A stretch of DNA of 34,299 nucleotides from Octopus bimaculoides (GCF_001194135.2 NC_068981.1:123463170-123497468), one strand, 5' to 3'; shown: positions 1 to 12,141, counted from the stretch's first letter. A program made the numbers and translations. The notes: a model not told the origin generated them from the sequence alone.

Positions 1-269
1 TGTATATGGTGTTTGGGTTTGGGGATGGTCTGTATTTTGATGTAACACGTGTGTTTACGATCGCTGTTCGGGTAGTGGAGGTATCAAGTTAAAATACATC
101 ATTATATTTGGAAAAATAGGAATAAATTTCAATGAGTATTACTTACTCGGGTATAGTCCAACCCTTTGTCAGCTATATTTGGGCTCCATGCGATGTCTTT
201 ATTTCCGATGTTTTTGGATAAGTTTCGGAGCAGTGATTTATCGTACTCACATGTTAAACTTCCCCGGTG

Positions 270-270
<1 letters not shown>

Positions 271-302
<32 letters not shown>
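271..302. repeat. (TTA)n microsatellite; the (AAT)n tail/target of the adjacent minus-strand retroelement
   Basis: Direct read of a pure TTA run abutting the 3' end of the element at 303-732. Confidence 0.95.
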
Positions 303-731
303 GCCTCGGCACAGCTTCTAACGCTGGAGATGTACTATAGCGTCAGCTGTTCACTACCGGTAAGCTATGGTAACACATTTTTCGAGAACCTTCCGGAGTA
401 TTCGAGCGGTTCCAAGCAGTGCTGTTTTCTGCAAGTGCTCCACCCTTATTGAAGTCCCTATTTGTTCCACGTATTTCTCGCGATTTTTGCTCACTGTTCC
501 CAGGGCTCCGACAATTATTGGTAATACTGCTACCTTTTTCATCGACCATAACTGCTTAACTTCCCAAGCTAACCTGTCATATCTCTCAACTTTACTTTCT
601 TGCTTATGCATACCTTGTTGTCAGCTGGGCATGCTATATCTATGATTCAGCATAATTTGTTTTCTTTCTCAATTAAGACTATGCCCGGCCTCCTATTCTC
701 TATCTCATGGTCGCATTGAATCATAAAATCC

Positions 732-732
<1 letters not shown>
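303..732 (-). mobile_element. 5'-truncated R4/Dong-like non-LTR retrotransposon 3' end (restriction-like endonuclease domain plus 3' UTR), frameshifted
   Basis: Minus strand reads ..QCDHEIENRRPGIVLIEKENKLC*IIDIACPADNKV, then after a frameshift ..SKVERYDRLAWEVKQLWSMKKVAVLPIIVGALGTVSK..LQKTALLGTARILRKVL. This matches the RPD..D..K-type RLE C-terminus of R4-clade elements. A short UTR ends in (AAT)n, and TTA runs flank both sides. Confidence 0.9.
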
Positions 733-792
<60 letters not shown>

Positions 793-800
793 GTTGTTGC

Positions 801-833
<33 letters not shown>

Positions 834-882
834 CGTTGTTGTTGTTGTTATTGTTGTTGCTGTAATTATTATTATTATTATT
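733..882. repeat. Compound (TTA)n-(TTG)n-(TTA)n microsatellite
   Basis: Direct read; source of the poly-N ORF 721..927. Confidence 0.95.
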
Positions 883-1026
883 GAGTGAGAGAGCAGTGCA
901 TGTCATCAAAGTGACCTTGGGGTACAATTATATGAAGCCCAATATACCTATCATTACTACCCGTCTGATAAAGGCACATGCATCACAACCACATGTGCGC
1001 AACATGGTGATCTTATATCAAGATAA

Positions 1027-1027
<1 letters not shown>
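883..1027 (-). mobile_element. Truncated copy of the ~550 bp non-coding interspersed repeat seen longer at 9374-9922
   Basis: gagtgagagagcagtgcatgtcatcaaagtgaccttggggtacaatta...tatcaagataaa aligns by eye with 9374-9527. Both copies start directly after a TTA run. Confidence 0.85.
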
Positions 1028-1097
<70 letters not shown>

Positions 1098-1129
1098 CAT
1101 TATTATCATCATCATTATCATTATTATTA
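1028..1129. repeat. (TTA)n/(TCA)n microsatellite
   Basis: Direct read; source of the poly-L ORF 881..1198. Confidence 0.95.
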
Positions 1130-1520
1130 CGCTTGTGGAAGCTAACTCTTATAAGCAGGTATTTTAGCTTGATGTTTGTGCATAACAAATTTCATTAAAT
1201 CTCAAGAATCTTTCTTTGGGTTTTGGGAGAATATACAATAGTACTTTTCAGGTAGATAATGAGTTTTAATTCCAATGTCCTTCAGTCTTTTAAGTAGTAT
1301 TTTGGTTGTTGTGCCAACTACATCTATTACTACTACGATAATTATTGTCTTAGTCTTCTGCAGTCTCCTCAACTCTCTAACCAGATCTTGATATTTCTTA
1401 GTTTTTTTCAATCTTTGCTGTCGATACTTTATCATAAGGAATTACAAAGTCTATAATTTTTTGCGGTTTATTTTCTCCCCTATAATCATATCTGGTCTGC
1501 TTGTTCCAGTAATCTTCATG
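1130..1520 (-). mobile_element. Second R4/Dong-like RLE-domain 3' fragment with a different 3' UTR, degenerate
   Basis: Minus strand gives TSRPDMII..KIIDFVIPYDK and, after a frameshift, KTKKYQDLVRELRRLQKTKTIIIVVVIDVVGTTTKILLKRLKDIGI. The 3' end runs into (AAT)n/(GAT)n. Confidence 0.8.
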
Positions 1521-1821
1521 CTTCAATGGTGTTCCTGCTTCAAAGATCAAAGTTAGTGGATAAATTAGTCAGTCAAGGATTAATTATGAAATAAAAATCG
1601 TGAAAACGGTACTATAAAAAAATAAAGACAACTCAAATGGAGGAGAGTCGAATTTTGGAAATGAAGAATCCAGCTGCAATAGATTCCATGCAAAACAGTT
1701 CTAGTAAAGCATCTTGGCCGGGACTAGTAGTTTTCCATAAAATTCGTAAAACATGGAAATCAGGCGATTTTNNNNNNNNNNNNNNNNNNNNNNNNNNNNN
1801 NNNNNNNNNNNNNNNNNNNNN

Positions 1822-2187
1822 GTTAGGGCAGCGGACTCGCGGTCATAGGATCGCTGTTTCGATTCCCAGACTGGGCGTTGCGAGTGTTTATTGAGCGAAA
1901 ACACATAAAGCTCCACGAGGCCCCGGCAGGGGATGGTGGCGAACCCTGCTGTACTCTTTCACCACAACGTTCTCTCACTCTTTCTTCCTGTTTCTGTTGT
2001 GCCTGTAATTCAAAGGGCCAGCCTTGTCACACTCTGTCTCACGCTGAATATCCCCGAGATATACGTTAAGGGTACACGTGTCTGTGGAGTGCTCAGCCAC
2101 TTGCACGTTGATTTCACGAGCAGGCTGTTCCGTTGATCGGATCATCAACTGGAATCTTTGACGTCGTAAGCGACGGAGTGCCAGCAA
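1822..2187 (+). mobile_element. tRNA-headed SINE (5' end lost in the gap)
   Basis: GC-rich island in AT-rich DNA. It starts with a tRNA-like head (gttagggcagcggactc...GTTTCGATTCC, B-box-like), has no credible ORF and ends in a (caa)-type tail. Family recognition as a cephalopod SINE is from memory. Confidence 0.7.
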
Positions 2188-2760
2188 CAGCTCTAATTGG
2201 CTTACCAGAGCACTCAGTATTTTCTGTCGACAACCATGCCAGTAATGTTCATGTTGACACTAATGCCAAAAGTCTTCTTGCTTCCCAGTATCACTAAAAC
2301 AGTGCGAAATATTTTGCTAAATAACAGCAATCTCTGCATTGGATCAGATAGCATACATCAATTGTGATTCATGTCCCTGCCATCCGATTTCAACGAATGG
2401 CAGGAATCTTCGTGCTCCGCGTTAAATAAAAGATTAAGCGAAATTTACATGGCTAGCACGCCAATGGTGATATTTCCTCTAATCATCTGATGTAATCTGC
2501 CTACAAACTCCTCTTCAGATCTATTAGCTATCATTAACTATTCATTATACTTACTCATAGAGCAATAGCGCTCTCTAAACGATCTCACCACCAGTTATTA
2601 AACCTATCTGTCAGCACAGGTAAAGTGCTGACAGATAACAAAGGCTTTCCACATCTGCTCGCCCTATTACGAAGCTTATAATATACATTCTATCTAGGTT
2701 ATCACCAATTTGAGCTTCAACTCTGTAAACATTCTACATTATTCTAGTCAGATCAAGCAA

Positions 2761-2763
<3 letters not shown>

Positions 2764-2815
<52 letters not shown>
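2764..2815. repeat. (CT)n microsatellite
   Basis: Direct read. Confidence 0.95.
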
Positions 2816-2819
<4 letters not shown>

Positions 2820-4329
2820 CTCCGTCGAAGGAATTCAGATGCGCGTTGTCCAATTTACATTACAACAGTTGAAAAATCCAGAGATTATATATCATGGATT
2901 TTGAACAGCCTGGGCATGTTTGGTTGGCTTTTACGCAGCCCTTTCATAACAGCAACATCCCACACAAACTTACGAGTACCCAAAAGAACTTTCTAACAGA
3001 GCAATAATACTAAGGAACATGACGTTTCTTATTATCCTGGACTGCGCTTGACAACCAAAGACCACCCCTGGTTATCTCGAGATGAGTAACAATATCGACG
3101 AAGCGCTCTGTAAAGCTAAAATAAACCCGATATCAATAAGAAAATAATCTTATTAAAATATCATGAAGCGGAATTAATGTTATTTTTTTTTCTGTTTGAC
3201 TTATGCCAAACTAATGAATAACATGTGCGTGGACGAAAAAAGACGTGAGCATTTGTATAATAAAGCAAACGAAAAACGTTTTGAATACACAGGAAGCAAA
3301 ACAGAATTATGCTACTATGTACATGAGGTACCTATTGTATGATCTATAAATGATTATTTTGCACAAAATATGTCCATTAATTACTGATATATACGGTCAC
3401 AGAAGAAAATCAATGTTTTGAATAAATATAAACGAAGGAAGTAATTTTTTTTAATACAGACAGTAAAAGGGGAAATGATCCCAGAACTCAGAAACATTTA
3501 TTTTAAAGAAATATTACAGGATTATCCAATTATGCAATGTAAGTGCAATAAAATAAAAAGAATGAAATCTTTTAAATATAATTGGTTGAGAATTCTAATG
3601 AAATCTGTTGATCACTAGCTAATACAATCAAATAGCGGTCGATGATTACACGCACGGTTAAAGAATGTAGCACAGTAGTGTGTTTCAACAGTCGATCTAA
3701 TACAACCAGCCATATTAATATTTATACAGTCACACCGTAATTGGCAGTCCAGAGTTAATAGTGAAAGGTTTACTTTGAATCTAATGCAAAAATGTACGTA
3801 AAATGTAGTTAGTAAAACAAGACATTACCAAGCGTAAATTGTACTAAACAACAATGAATATGAACGAAGGTTCAGAGTTTATTCTTCATGTATTGAAATT
3901 AAAAGAGAAAAATGCATTTTTGAGTGATATCCTACCTAAAATAGAAACAAAATCAATAAATGCTTATATAATTCGAAGCTAAAATAGCTGGCTTCAAAAC
4001 ATCAGATTCTAATGCATTAGCTATGAAGATAAATACATAACAACAAAAATCTTGCCAAAAATCGAAATAAATTATTTATGACAAAAAATACAAAGTAAAG
4101 ACAAATGTAAATACATATATATACATACATACAGATATATACGCGCGCGTGTGTGTGTGTGTGTGTGTGTGCGTATAAATGTATGTGTCTTTTTTCAGGT
4201 GTTTACAAATAAAACGGAAAAAATAAGCAGTTATCAGGGTAGCAAAAATTCAGAATAACACCTGCGTTTAACTCCATTTATTCATTTATCTATATACATA
4301 TATATATGTATATATATATNNNNNNNNNN

Positions 4330-4978
4330 ATAAAGGTGTCATCAACATATCATAGCCACAGAGTTGGTTTTAGTGGTGTTAATCCTAAAGCCAAATTTTT
4401 TAAGTATCCCATGTATATATTGGCTATTATCAGTGATACACTTCGCAAATATCTCCTTCGAGTAAAACCACCAATACAAGCGAATATGACCAAAGACTGC
4501 GTATACTCCATCCCATGTAGCTGTGGAAGGTTATACAAACGCGAAACATGTCGGCCCCTCACAATAAGGGTAGACGAACATCGCAGAGCTGTGACACGAG
4601 GAGATATTGATAAATCGGGTATAGCTGATCCTCTATGGAAAAATAGAGACCACCTGCCACTGTGGGATGAATCTAAAATACTAGACAGAGAACACCACTG
4701 AAAAATACAAAACTAAAAGAAGCAACATATATGCTAGGACACAACAACCTCCTAAGCAGACCGAGTGCAGATATGAGTAGCATATGGGAACCGGTATTAA
4801 GGAAGGATAGGAAAATATTAGATTTATAAGCCCTAAAATTCCCTCCATAATTGCCCACGGGCATATGGCTTAGTGGTTAAGAGCGAAACGCTGTGTTAAC
4901 AACAAACAAGACGAGGATTATTATCTGTCAAATGTAAATATTGTACATAATTCCTCATCTCTTAAATATAGAACTGTA
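4330..4978 (+). mobile_element. Penelope-like element 3' fragment (Penelope/Poseidon-type GIY-YIG endonuclease plus tail), degenerate
   Basis: TKDCVYSIPCSCGRLYKRETCRPLTIRVDEHRRAVTRGDIDKSGIADPLWKNRDHLPLWDESKILDREHH, then after a frameshift LKEATYMLGHNNLLSRPSADMSSIWEPVL. This follows the VYxIPCxCGxxYIGETxRxLxxRxxEH pattern with YIG decayed to YKR. The tail keeps GAAACGC at about 4885. Confidence 0.88.
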
Positions 4979-6889
4979 TTGGTCTGCTTATTTAAAAATA
5001 CTATTTTTGCAATAACAATCAGACTCCTAAGTCTTTGAAAATAACGCGATTGAATATACCAAGGCCAACAAGTATTTTCATCAAATCATTAAATAAACTA
5101 ACAACAGAAATAAAATCTTCGTGAACATAAGAACTATTGTAAAAATCGCCTTAATATCATGAGTAAGCTACGTTTGCCAGAAAAAAAAAAAAACACTAAT
5201 CATCAGAGACCGAGCGTCTACTTTTCACTACTGCGTATATCGTCCATAGTATTGCTGATAATGTATATTTATTTACAAAAAGTGACCAGTTTCCAGGACA
5301 AGAGAAGTGATACTACCAAAATTTATATGGTTTTAAAATATATATTACTGAGTAACAAAGGCAAACACGAACACTTTGCAAGGAGAAAGGGTTGAGCATA
5401 ACATGTAATATCTACCCAGATAATTTGGACAGCAGTATTACTCAAGATTATGGTAACAGCATTGACAAGCAAGTGCACTAAACAGGATATGAATAAATGG
5501 TCGGGAATTCTCTTGATGTAGACAAAAGAGGAACTCAGAACAACTATCTCAACTTCCAGTGGAAGAAAAAATTTCAGAGACATTGTCGCACTACACCGTT
5601 TTCACCTGCTGTTCACGCTCTTGAGAGTTTTATTAAACCAGACTGAATGCGGATACGAACCCTACGGGAGGAAGAAACTGACTTTGTTTTTTGTTGTTTT
5701 ATTTTGTTTTGCATATGGACGACTTTTAATTGTTCATCACGGGCATTAAAAACAAGTAGAAACATTTACAATTAAATTAATTCACTGGATGAATTGATAT
5801 GAGATTCGAATTAAAAACATTCGCCAAGGTAAACTGAAAAAAAAAGAGTATTTAGGAACGAATTAATGAATTACAACGAAAATGATCTTACAAATATTTA
5901 CGACTTAATGATATTAAGGGAGGGAACAAATGAAATAAAATGAGGGAATATTGTAGGTTCATTAAGTTGATACATAAAACCAAGGCTGATAGCATGGAAA
6001 TAAAATAATATTCATTAATACTATAGATTTAGCATTAAAATAGTATCCTTATAAAGTTCTAAATGTATGCAGTGCAAAGTGAATCCACAAGAAAGATAAT
6101 AACTTGATTAACAATATAAATAATCAAAAAACAAAATTTATTATTGAGACGTACTATATTTAACAAAAACATACTGAGATAAGTGCCTTAAGCAACCAGA
6201 ACATAGCAATAAATTATCTACTCTAAGAATACACTATTATTATATAAAGAATAGAAAACTAACACAAGTATTACAAAACACCGAACAAATTAAAGCAACT
6301 GTTGCTTGTGTGCACGAGAGCCAATAAATTGAATCAGAAACTAATATGATAGATATTTTTAAGGTGAAATAATAACACGAATTGTGTAACAGCTAAAAAC
6401 AGAGCTAAAAATAGAGCTACCAGATGCCATGGTAAAAGGATAGTAAGAAAAATCCTCAATACAGCCAATATTTGATATAGCCCACTGGAAACCAAGAAAA
6501 GCATGTAATGAAACAATACATTACATAATTGCGGCACATTGGAGACTAAGGGGAGACAACAACATTAAGATTTCTGATAGTTTTCACACAATGGTAGATT
6601 TACCAGCAATAGGAAATATCGACGAGGAGATTTGGCATACAATTCACCAGCAAAAAAGGTTCAGTAATTGACAAAGTGGCCATAGTTTATAATATACCCA
6701 TCCACACACAAAGAAATTAAGATTAACCACACAAAATCTCAAGTTTCAATAGTATACTTTAACCGGAGTTACGGAAAAGTTGATAAGACCATTTTACAGC
6801 ATTAGGAAGCAAAGCAAAATGAAAACAAAATAGTGCTCATCTCTAATGTTCATAGATAAATGCTTAGTAATATAATGAAAGCAATCAAT

Positions 6890-6891
6890 GC

Positions 6892-6932
<41 letters not shown>

Positions 6933-7646
6933 CAACTGCAACAATGATGATGAGAAGGAGGAGGAGATGAAGAAAGATAAGAAGGAGGAGGAGATGAAGA
7001 AGAAGAAGAAGAAGAAGAAGAAGAAGAAGAAGAAGAAGAAGAAGAAGAAGAAGAAGAAGAAGAAGAAGAAGAAAAAGAAAAAGAACAAGAACAAGAAGAA
7101 CAAGAACAACAAGAACAACAAGAAGTAGAGGGAAGAAGAAGAAGAAGAAGAAGAAAAAGAAGAAGAAGAAGAAGAAGAAGAAGAAGAGGAAGGAGAAGAA
7201 GAAGAAGAAGAAGAAGAAGAAGAAGAAGAAGAAGAAGACGAAGAAGAAGACGNNNNNNNNNNGAAGAAGAAGAAGAAGAAGAAGAGGAAGGAGAAGAAGA
7301 AGAAGAAGAAGAAGAAGAGGAAGGAGAAGAAGAAGAAGAAGAAGAAGAAGAAGAAGAAGAAGAAGAAGACGAAGAAGAAGACGAAGGAGAAGAAGAAGAA
7401 GAAGAAGAGGAAGGAGAAAAAGAAGAAGAGGAAGGAGAAAAAGAAGAAGAGGAAGGAGAAAAAGAAGAAAAAGAAGAAGGAGAAGAAGAAGAAGAAGAAG
7501 AGGAAGGAGAAGAAGAAGAAGAAGAAGAAGAAGAAGAAGAAGAAGAAGAAGAAGAAGAAGAAGAAGAAGAAGAAGAAGAAAAAGAAGAAGAAGAAGAAGA
7601 AGAAGAAGAAGAAGAAGAAGAAGAAGAAGAAGAAGAAGAAGAAGAA
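6890..7646. repeat. (AAT)n followed by a ~700 bp imperfect (GAA)n tract with GAG/GGA/CAA variants; 10-N gap at 7253-7262
   Basis: Direct read; explains the poly-F/S ORF 6885..7658. Confidence 0.97.
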
Positions 7647-7659
7647 TGTTGTGGTCATG

Positions 7660-8485
7660 GAGTGTTACTACCTGAGCAACCCGTAGACAAAAATGGTCTT
7701 CATCATAGGGAATACTGACAAAATGTGCATGATCAATGGAGAGAAGGTGGATTGTTTCAAATGACGGAACAGAGTTTATGTGATCAAGCTAGAGCAATAA
7801 GAAAATATCGTTGGTTCCCAAAAGTAGAGCTCGAAGAAGACAATAAAACTAATGGTCACATGACAGATAGGCAAAAAGCAATCTGCGACAGAATAAAGGC
7901 AAGGCTACAGGAAAACGATAGCAACATTATTTGCAAACTTAAAAAGGTTGATCGATAGAAATTGAACCATGAAACGAAAAATGTGAATGAAATTCTGAAA
8001 TACAACAGAACATAAAACATCACAGACACAAATAATTTAATCAAAGCAGCAAGTATTGTTGCAGAAAATGTGGGTGTTGATGTCAAGAAAAAGAAATATA
8101 ATGGGAGTGACAAAAGAAAAGATCCATGGTGGAAAAGAAGATTACAGGGTGGGGTTAGATATGTTCGCGAAGGACAGTTCTGTGTTAGACCGAAAAGAAA
8201 ATGGGGAACCTAAAAAGCGAACAAAAATACAGGGCACTGAACAAGAGGTATAATATTGATAGAAAAGGGCTGAAAGTGGTAATGGAGGAACTGAAGCAAA
8301 GCTGGTAAGATACGACCAAAGACTGAATGGTTACCAGGAGAATGGATTATTCAGAGTAGATAAGGAGACATCAGAAACCAGTACTACTTGGAACTTCTCG
8401 AATACTCCGGATGGTGCTAGAAATATAAGGGATGTTACCTCAGTTCACTGGTAGCTGGAACCGTAATACATCTCCTGTGCTAACA
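7660..8485 (+). mobile_element. R4/Dong-like element with the N-terminal region fused directly to the extreme C-terminus and 3' UTR (RT deleted)
   Basis: MHDQWREGGLFQMTEQSLCDQARAIRKYRW..VELEE, KDPWWKRRLQ, KGLKVVMEELKQ and KLVRYDQRLNGYQENGLFRVDK are typical of the R4 N-terminal region. At about 8369 it switches to HQKPVLLGTSRILRMVLEI* (stop 8426-8428). The UTR tgttacc..ggtag..tacatctcc resembles the UTR of 303-732. Confidence 0.82.
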
Positions 8486-8486
8486 C

Positions 8487-8780
8487 CAAACGCATACAAA
8501 AGTGGCCACGATAGGGTAGGACAATATTTACATTGGAAAGTATGTAAACGCTATAAAACCAGCACTTCTACTTACTGGTACGAACATCATCCTGAGCCAG
8601 TCGTTGAAGGTAAAAATGTCACTATTCTCCGATAGTTTTCAGTCAACTCCGCCAGAATGATCCAGAACAATCGACCAGAAATAGTCATTAAGGACCGGGA
8701 ACAAAATACTAATAGATGTAAATGTTCCCACAGATAAAATTATATCTGTAAATTTGACAAATGAAGTAAATATAAGTCGC
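8487..8780 (+). mobile_element. R4/Dong-like fragment: end of the zinc-knuckle and start of the RLE domain
   Basis: AYKSGHDRVGQYLHWKVCKRYKTSTSTYWYEHHPEPVVEGKNVTILR*FSVNSARMIQNNRPEIVIKDRE matches YxxRHDxV..HWxxC..WYEHxPExVxE..ILWDF..NRPDIV. Confidence 0.85.
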
Positions 8781-8813
8781 AGGAGTGGCTTTGTGGTAAG
8801 AAGTTTGCTTCCC
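8781..8813 (+). mobile_element. Possible 5' stub of a tRNA-derived SINE
   Basis: aggagtggctttgtggtaagaagtttgcttcccaa is A-box-like and interrupts the R4 fragment. It is very short. Confidence 0.4.
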
Positions 8814-9174
8814 AATAACAACAACAAAAACAACAACAATAATAATGATAAATAAATAAATAAATAATACTGTCTATGTAATCTCAAAATTTAAAACAAA
8901 CTCATAATTTACTCATGTTTTCTTAAACACTCTCTAGAACAGTACTATGTGCAAAAACCAAATATATGACACCCTAGGCATAACATCAACATGAACTTCT
9001 AACTTGTTGTCTCTTGATGTCTTTAGGTGAGACTTGGAGACAACTTGTACAAATACAAAGCAAAAATCAAACATATAATAATAATAATCATCATAATAAT
9101 AATTATAATAATAATAATTGTTGCTATTGTTATTGTAGTAGTAGTAGCAGCAGCAGCAGTAGTAGTTTTTCTAT

Positions 9175-9358
9175 TAAACACACGATGCCTGAAATTTTGG
9201 AGGATTACATCAATCCTAGTGTTTCACTGATACATTTTTTATCGACCTCGAAAGGATGAAAAGCAAAGTCAACCTCTACGGAATTTGAACTCAGAACGTA
9301 CAGAAAGACGAAATAGTGCTAAGAATTTTGTTCGGTGTGTTAACGATTCTACCAACTC
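9175..9358 (-). mobile_element. SINE, family shared with 13323-13534 and 16692-16900
   Basis: Reverse complement reads gagttggtagaatcgttaacac...ctgagttcaaattcc...gttgactttgcttttcatcctttcgaggtcgataaaa, matching the plus-strand copies. Confidence 0.85.
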
Positions 9359-9373
9359 ATCATTATTATTATT

Positions 9374-9922
9374 GAATGAGAGAGCAATGCATACCATCGA
9401 AGTGACACTGGGGTACAATTACACGAATCCCAATATACGCATCATAACTACCCGTCTGATAAGGGTACACCAGGTACATGGATCAAAACCATATGTGCAC
9501 GACATAGTGATCTCATATCAAGATAAACCGTGCATGATCTTGCAGATGGTGCCCAGCCAGAATTTTTCTTCAAGTTGAGTAGCCCATCCCATTCAAAACA
9601 TCCCTGAGTAAGGGTTGTTTAAGGACGGTGGACGAAATATTCATGTTTTCCGAGGTGAATTTTTCAAAGCCCAAACAGTTCCTCTCAGCATATAGCTATG
9701 ATGCTCCCCACTATTCTGCTTGTGATCACAGCTGCACATATCGTCAGCCACTAAGGAACATGCCCAACTAGTTATGTTCAACTAACAAGTAAATCTGTAA
9801 TATTGAGCAGAATATTTGTAGTAACCTAACTTTTTATACAAAGACAAAGCGTGTACATGATAACACTTCCTATCATTTAAGATCAGAAGTCATGAAAGCC
9901 ACTACCTCTCTGGTACTGCATC
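9374..9922 (-). mobile_element. ~550 bp non-coding interspersed element flanked on both sides by (TTA)n
   Basis: Homologous partial copy at 883-1027, sharp boundaries at TTA runs, no credible ORF. Strand is inferred from the position of the (AAT)n tail. Confidence 0.75.
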
Positions 9923-9932
9923 ATTATTATTA

Positions 9933-9996
<64 letters not shown>
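9923..9996. repeat. (TTA)n microsatellite
   Basis: Direct read. Confidence 0.95.
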
Positions 9997-9998
<2 letters not shown>

Positions 9999-11009
9999 TA
10001 AAATATATATAAGAGCATTAAAACAAACAGAATTTTAAAATCTTGGGATTTAATGAGGATACATCGTAAAGTTCGCATATATGAAACAAAATTACGAAAA
10101 CAATCCTAATTCCATTAAATTAATTTGGTGAGAAGAATAACATTTAAAAAATTAATGAACTGAAATGGAGTTATATGCGTAAATTAAAGTGATGTATATC
10201 ATTATTCATGCTATTTCAGTCATCATATTTTAAACGGAAGCTAACTGATTTAGCAAGAACGATAATTACACTGACTAGTATACAAATTGCAAAAAATAGC
10301 TATTATATTTACGATGAGTAGGGAGATATATGAGTAGGGAGATCGTATGGTGTTTCCTGCTAGACTATTGTTTCTAAGTGTCTTGCAAAGAATATTTGCT
10401 CGCTAATACAAATACCTAGAAAACATTAAGAAATTGAATATATTGTTCTCTGCTTCCAACAAGGCCAAAAGATACAAAATATATAAGATGACATTAGACG
10501 CGAGCCGAGAATGAAGCAGTATCACTAGCAAGTGGTTTAGAACTACAAAGAAAATGTAACAATGGAAATAAATTACAAAATGACCTACTTTGATTTGAGG
10601 AAAAATTTGAGCACAGTGGAGGTGGCAAATATCGCAGGCCTAGCAGTGATATACAGGGTGAAAGTCGAAAATATAGGACTATTCATTGTTGCACAAGTAG
10701 AAATTACACACACAACCAAATCATGAATATGGTTGAAACGGTTAACAGCAGAATATCTGGATACCATGAATAAATACTTTGTCATATTGTATTTTAGTTA
10801 AAATGAAATATATATCTACGAGTGTGAAAATGCCAGCACTTTCGTAGTTTGACAGTTTATGAATCTACATTTCATAAAAGTTTACAAAACATTATAGTCA
10901 TCATACACAAGAGCATTTCATTTTATAAAGAGAAGGTCATTAAGGCAAATAAACACATTATTGTCGATGCATATCAGTAAAATGAAAATTTCGTAGAGAG
11001 TGGATAAAT

Positions 11010-11245
11010 GCCAGCAGAAAAGAATGTATCACTAAAAGAAATGCAGAAATATGAAGATCTGGAAATGGGGATAATCATAAAGTTTTGATTAAACATATGA
11101 ACCATCCCACAGAAAGAGAAACATTGAGAAGAATTTAATAACTAAAATGTCAAAGAAAAATGCATAAGACAAAGAAAATACACAAAATAGTATACAAAAT
11201 AGTAATATTAAACAGTACACACTTATTGTGCCTTGCTAATCCATC
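11010..11245 (+). mobile_element. Highly degenerate R4/Dong-like RLE C-terminal remnant
   Basis: MPAEKNVSLKEMQKYEDLEMGII resembles the PxDxNxxxKExEKxxKYxDL motif. The downstream sequence is decayed. Confidence 0.5.
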
Positions 11246-12141
11246 ATAAAATAGACAAAGCACAAAATCAGAAATAATTCTGTACGCAGCCAAAGTTGAA
11301 AATAGCTAGAATCGTTTTAGTAGAAAGAAAGTATACGATAAAGATTAGAGTGCCAAAATATTAATAATAAAATTTATGATCAATGATTTCTTAGATTGGT
11401 ACGCGCTCACAAATTTTGCAGGAGGGGTGGATATCTTATTGAATGAACTATATTACTTTGATTACTATAATATTAGCAGCACATCCCTGTTGAAAGAAAA
11501 GATAAGGAATATTAATAATGTAAAAACATGGAAACCATGATTTTTTTCTTCTATTTTTGCTTTTCCGAACAAGTCATGTATAAACTATCCTTATTCTACG
11601 TAGTTCTTCATATTTTATAGTTATCTATGCCAAATTATATGCACATATGCCTATATGAGAATGTGTGTGTATGCGCGTTTGTGTGTGTTTGTGAGTGTGT
11701 GACTGTGCATACATGTATGTATATATGTATGTATGTTTATATATAGGGGTGAGTGCGCGTGTTTGTGTCTACTAGTAAACCTGCACATAAATTTCACTAG
11801 ATACACACCCATGGTTATGCTAGCTGCCGAAGACGATTGTTCGACAGCAGACTAGAATTGCTTATATTTCAAAATAAAGCATCAGAATTCAAAACAAATA
11901 GTGTCTGCAGCTCCTTATTCGATATTTGCCCATTAAGCCATGTTAAACTCGTTCATCTTACCTCCACTTAAAAATATGTAACAGAGAGATAATATCCTGA
12001 CTTCTTAAGCAGCGGAGACCCCCTTGTTTCCAAGCACAACTTCAAAATTTTGTTTCATATGTTGTCACAAGATCAGCAATTTCCGGACAGGTGGGAAGTT
12101 GTCATAGCCGCCAAGTTGAAAATTAATATTATCTTACTTAC

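Noticed and set aside
4853-4885. ggcttagtggttaagagc looks like a tRNA/SINE A-box
   Set aside because: No B-box or SINE body follows, and it is continuous with the PLE tail, so it is treated as part of that element.
6170-6660. Possible very old R4-like 3' remnant (ETIHYIIAAH resembling ETIxHIxxxC)
   Set aside because: One weak motif in A-rich sequence; not supportable without an HMM search.
10585-10785. Minus-strand ORF with flanking AG/GT as the next exon of the gene
   Set aside because: The open frame needs phase 2 but the upstream exon ends in phase 1, where a stop occurs; no recognisable motif.
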